From NCBI GenBank assembly GCA_045533905.1, contig JAZSIR010000021.1:32001-96000 (forward strand): a stretch of DNA of 64,000 nt. The letters are read 5' to 3'. Positions 60,393 through 64,000 of this stretch are shown here, piece after piece; position 1 is the first letter of the stretch; the number at the start of each line of letters is the position of its first letter. The notes under the pieces are model-generated. The model ran no database searches. It saw only the letters and a list, made by a program, of their open reading frames with translations, and had not been told where the DNA came from. This DNA is from Clostridia bacterium (lineage in GTDB: Bacteria > Bacillota > Clostridia > UMGS1883 > UMGS1540). Position numbers and translations under genes: made by a program.

Positions 60393-61450
60393 GCCGATTT
60401 TTTTCCGATAAATTCGCGCTTCTTTCCCCCTACACCCCGGGCGAGCAGCCGAAAACAAGAAAATTTATAAAACTCAATACAAACGAATCGCCATTTCCGC
60501 CATCTGCGCGCGCGATAGAAGCGGCGACGGAGGCGGCGAAAAGCCTCGAACTTTATTCTGACCCCGAGTGCCGCGCCCTTACTGAGAAAATGGCCGAGAC
60601 GCTTGGTGTAGCCTATGAAGAAGTTTTGATGACCAACGGGTCGGACGAGATCCTCAATTTCGCCTTTATGGCGTTTTGCGATGCGGCGCATCCCGCAGTG
60701 TTTCCCGACATCACCTACGGGTTCTACCCCGTTTTTGCAAATCTTTCGGGCATTCCGTACGAGGAAATTCCTTTAAAAGACGATTTTTCCGTGGATGTAG
60801 ATGCCTTTTGCGGTATACATAAAACGATTTTCATTGCAAACCCGAACGCGCCGACGGGTCTTCTCCTGCCGCTTTCGGATATCGAGAAAATTGTGGCCTC
60901 GAACCCCGACAATGTGGTAGTCATTGACGAAGCGTACATTGATTTTGGGGGCGAGAGTGCCGTACCGCTTATAAAGAAATACGATAACCTCTTAGTTACA
61001 CAAACTTTCTCGAAATCGCGTTCGATGGCAGGCGCGCGCCTTGGGTTTGGCGTGGGCAATGCCGCACTCATCCGTGACCTTAACACCATCAAGTATTCCA
61101 CAAACCCTTATAATGTAAACGCCATGACGATGGCGGCAGGCCTTGGCACGCTTTCCGATGCCGCATACACCGAGAGAAACTGCCGCACCATCTCGGAAAA
61201 CCGCGCGTATACGGCCGAAGCGCTGAAGAAACTCGGCTTTACGCTGACCGACAGCCGCGCAAACTTCCTGTTTGCAAAGCATCCGCGTCTTTCGGGCGAA
61301 GAACTCTATGCGGCGCTTCGCGAAAAAGGCATCCTCGTACGGCATTTTAAGAAAGACCGCATTTCTGACTTTTGCCGCATCACGGTAGGAAGCCGTGAGG
61401 AAATGGAAACACTTGTAAAAACGATTACTGAAATATCGGAGGGAAAATAA
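60389..61450 (+). CDS. hisC: Histidinol-phosphate aminotransferase
   Basis: KLNTNESP, NPNAPTG, DEAY and TFSKSRSMAGARLG motifs. Confidence 0.95.
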   Translation: MSRFFSDKFALLSPYTPGEQPKTRKFIKLNTNESPFPPSARAIEAATEAAKSLELYSDPECRALTEKMAETLGVAYEEVLMTNGSDEILNFAFMAFCDAAHPAVFPDITYGFYPVFANLSGIPYEEIPLKDDFSVDVDAFCGIHKTIFIANPNAPTGLLLPLSDIEKIVASNPDNVVVIDEAYIDFGGESAVPLIKKYDNLLVTQTFSKSRSMAGARLGFGVGNAALIRDLNTIKYSTNPYNVNAMTMAAGLGTLSDAAYTERNCRTISENRAYTAEALKKLGFTLTDSRANFLFAKHPRLSGEELYAALREKGILVRHFKKDRISDFCRITVGSREEMETLVKTITEISEGK

Positions 61451-62041
61451 ATGAGAACTTCTGAAATCAAAAGAACAACTGCGGAAACCGACATTATGCT
61501 CTCGCTTACGATTGACGGCACAGGGAAAAGTGAAATCAATACAGGCTGTGGCTTTTTAGACCATATGCTGACGCTTTTTGCCCGCCACGGCCGCTTTGAC
61601 CTTACCGTTTCGGCCACGGGCGACACCTATGTGGACGACCACCACACGGTAGAAGACGTGGGCATTTGTCTCGGGCAGGCTTTCCGCGAAGCACTTTCCG
61701 ATAAGCGCGGCATCTGCCGCTACGGAAGCTGCACCCTCCCGATGGACGAGGCGCTTATTTTAGCCGCCACCGATCTTTCCGGCAGAAGCTTTCTCGGCTA
61801 CGCGCTCGACATTCGCACCGAGAAAGTGGGCACGTTTGACACAGAGCTTGTGGAAGAATTCTTCCTCGCTTTCACGCGCGAGGCGGCGTGTAACCTCCAC
61901 CTTCGTTCCCTTGCCGGCCAAAACTCGCACCACATCATCGAAGGGGCGTTTAAGGCCTCGGCCCGCGCACTTCGCGATGCCGTGAAAATTGATCCGGACT
62001 ATAAAGATGAAATCCCCTCTACCAAAGGAGTACTTTCATGA
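61451..62041 (+). CDS. hisB: Imidazoleglycerol-phosphate dehydratase
   Basis: DDHHTVED, PMDEAL and NSHHIIE motifs. Confidence 0.96.
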   Translation: MRTSEIKRTTAETDIMLSLTIDGTGKSEINTGCGFLDHMLTLFARHGRFDLTVSATGDTYVDDHHTVEDVGICLGQAFREALSDKRGICRYGSCTLPMDEALILAATDLSGRSFLGYALDIRTEKVGTFDTELVEEFFLAFTREAACNLHLRSLAGQNSHHIIEGAFKASARALRDAVKIDPDYKDEIPSTKGVLS

Positions 62042-62652
62042 TAGCCATTGTAGACTACGGCGTTGGGAACCTCTTTTCCCTAAAGAGTTCCCTTGCCGCC
62101 ATCGGGGCGGACGCCTTTGTAAGTAAAAATCCAGACGAGATTGCGCGTGCGGAAAAAATCATTCTGCCGGGCGTAGGCGCTTTTCCCGATGCTGCGAAAA
62201 AGCTTTCGGAAGCCGGCATGACCGACATGCTTCGCCGCGCAGCAAACGAAGGAAAGCCGCTTATGGGCATTTGCCTTGGGATGCAGCTTCTCTTTGAAAA
62301 AAGCTATGAATATGGAGAATGTGCGGGGCTCGGGCTTATCCCGGGCGAAATTCGCCCCATTTCTGAAAAAATTCCAAAAGACCTGAAAATTCCGCATATT
62401 GGCTGGAATGCGCTCAATTTCACAAAACCTTCCCGCCTTTTCCGCTATATAAAGGACGGCGATTTTGTATACTTTGTGCACTCGTTTTCGGCTACGGAAA
62501 GCGACGCGGTGATTGCCACCTCGGAATACGGCGCACCGCTTGTGGCGGCGGTTGAGTGCGGCAATGTGTGTGGCTGTCAGTTCCATCCCGAAAAAAGCGG
62601 TGATGTGGGCCTCGCCATTTTGCGTGGCTTTTGTGAGGAGGTGACGGTATGA
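62038..62652 (+). CDS. hisH: Imidazole glycerol phosphate synthase glutaminase subunit
   Basis: LPGVG, GICLGMQ and QFHPEKSG motifs. Confidence 0.96.
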   Translation: MIAIVDYGVGNLFSLKSSLAAIGADAFVSKNPDEIARAEKIILPGVGAFPDAAKKLSEAGMTDMLRRAANEGKPLMGICLGMQLLFEKSYEYGECAGLGLIPGEIRPISEKIPKDLKIPHIGWNALNFTKPSRLFRYIKDGDFVYFVHSFSATESDAVIATSEYGAPLVAAVECGNVCGCQFHPEKSGDVGLAILRGFCEEVTV

Positions 62653-63362
62653 TTCTTTTTCCTGCAATTGACCTTTTTGAGGGCAAAGCCGTACGGCTTC
62701 TTCGCGGCGAATATGATAAAATGACCGTGTATAGCGAAAACCCCGCGGAAATTGCCGCGGATTTTAAAGCGCAGGGTGCCTCGCACATCCACCTTGTGGA
62801 CCTTGAAGGCGCCAAAAGCGGCGACACACCGAACCTTTCTGTGGTGACGCGCATCAAGGAGACCTCGGGTCTTTTCTGCGAGATTGGCGGCGGCGTACGC
62901 CGTATGGAAACGGTGAAAAAATACATCGATGCCGGCATGGACCGCGTAATTTTAGGCACGGCGGCGGTGGAGGACGAAGCGTTTCTCCGCGCGGCGGTAG
63001 AAGGCTACGGCGAGAAAATCGCGGTAGGTGCCGATATTAAAGACGGCTTTGTGGCCACACGCGGCTGGACGGAAAAATCGGCCTTTGCGTGCTTTGATTT
63101 TTGTGAGAAAATGCAAAAAATCGGCGTTAGAACCTTAATTTGCACGGACGTATCAAAAGACGGCGCCATGCAGGGCACAAACCGCGAGCTTTACCGTGAC
63201 CTTTCCGAGAAATTCTCGATGCAGATTGTAGCCTCGGGCGGCGTATCCACGATGGACGATATTCGCCATCTTCGCGCGCTTTCTTTATATGGCGCGATTA
63301 TCGGCAAAGCGTACTATACGGGCGCAATTTCGCTTCGGGAAGCAATTGAGGTGGCCAAATGA
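62649..63362 (+). CDS. hisA: ProFAR isomerase
   Basis: PAIDL, HLVDL, GGGVR and ASGG motifs. Confidence 0.95.
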   Translation: MILFPAIDLFEGKAVRLLRGEYDKMTVYSENPAEIAADFKAQGASHIHLVDLEGAKSGDTPNLSVVTRIKETSGLFCEIGGGVRRMETVKKYIDAGMDRVILGTAAVEDEAFLRAAVEGYGEKIAVGADIKDGFVATRGWTEKSAFACFDFCEKMQKIGVRTLICTDVSKDGAMQGTNRELYRDLSEKFSMQIVASGGVSTMDDIRHLRALSLYGAIIGKAYYTGAISLREAIEVAK

Positions 63363-64000
63363 TTACAAAACGAATTATTCCGTGCCTGGACGTTCGCGAC
63401 GGGCGCGTTGTGAAAGGCGTAAATTTTGAGGGACTTTCCGATGTTTCCTCCCCCATCGAGCTTGGGCGCTACTATAGCCGCGCAGGCGCCGATGAACTTG
63501 TTTTTTATGATATTACCGCATCCGCCGAAGGGCGCGCCCTTTTTACCGACATTTTGTGCGAAGTGGCGCGCACCATTTTCATTCCGCTCACTGTCGGCGG
63601 CGGCATCAATACCTTAGAAGATTTCGACCGCGTTTTAAAATGCGGGGCCGACAAGGTAAGCGTAAACTCGGGCGCGATTAAAAACCCGAACCTCATTTAT
63701 GAGGCGGCCAAGCGCTACGGCGACCAATGCGTCGTTTTATCGGCGGACGTAAAGCGTGTGGACGGCGTATTTCGCGTGTTCGCGAAGGGCGGACGGGAAA
63801 ACACCGGCATGGAAGCCATCGAATGGATAAAAAGATGTGTTTCGATGGGTGCGGGCGAAGTCGTTGTAAATTCCATTGATACGGACGGTGTAAAAAAAGG
63901 CTTCGACCTTCCGATGCTCGAAGCTGTGTGCAACGCCGTTTCGGTGCCCGTAATTGCCTCGGGCGGCGCAGGGTGCAAGGAAGACTTTACCACGCTTTTC
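63359..64000 (+). CDS. hisF: Imidazole glycerol phosphate synthase cyclase subunit (partial, runs off the window)
   Basis: Read directly from sequence: MITKRIIPCLDVRDGRVVKGVNF...GADELVFYDITAS. Confidence 0.95.
   Translation, partial: MITKRIIPCLDVRDGRVVKGVNFEGLSDVSSPIELGRYYSRAGADELVFYDITASAEGRALFTDILCEVARTIFIPLTVGGGINTLEDFDRVLKCGADKVSVNSGAIKNPNLIYEAAKRYGDQCVVLSADVKRVDGVFRVFAKGGRENTGMEAIEWIKRCVSMGAGEVVVNSIDTDGVKKGFDLPMLEAVCNAVSVPVIASGGAGCKEDFTTLF

Overview
Chromosomal window from a spore-forming Clostridia-like Firmicute. From left to right it holds: a ROK-regulated sugar/polyol catabolic locus; a glycogen cluster (glgB-glgC-glgD-glgA-glgP-malQ plus a divergent GH13); a GH43 gene; a ~17.5 kb AT-rich island; spoIVB; a MATE pump; a type IIA topoisomerase B subunit with no adjacent A subunit; an SLH S-layer protein; housekeeping genes (alaS, dut, tyrS, mtnN, ybaK, GSIII, typA); and hisZGDCBHAF, with hisF cut by the window edge. 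The main finding is the island (about 20.3-37.9 kb), a tandem array of five integrase-free cassettes stacked at the 3' end of spoIVB. Four cassette junctions consist of a palindrome (TGTTGTC-N7-GACAACA) followed by a diverged copy of the last ~44 codons of spoIVB. Each copy starts exactly at the Met of the catalytic GMSGSP motif and is followed by a terminator. A fifth, truncated tail is fused to the end of a cargo gene. Each cassette carries one regulator plus divergently transcribed catabolic genes. No recombinase, transposase or relaxase is visible in the window. All protein assignments come from motif recognition by eye; no database search was run.
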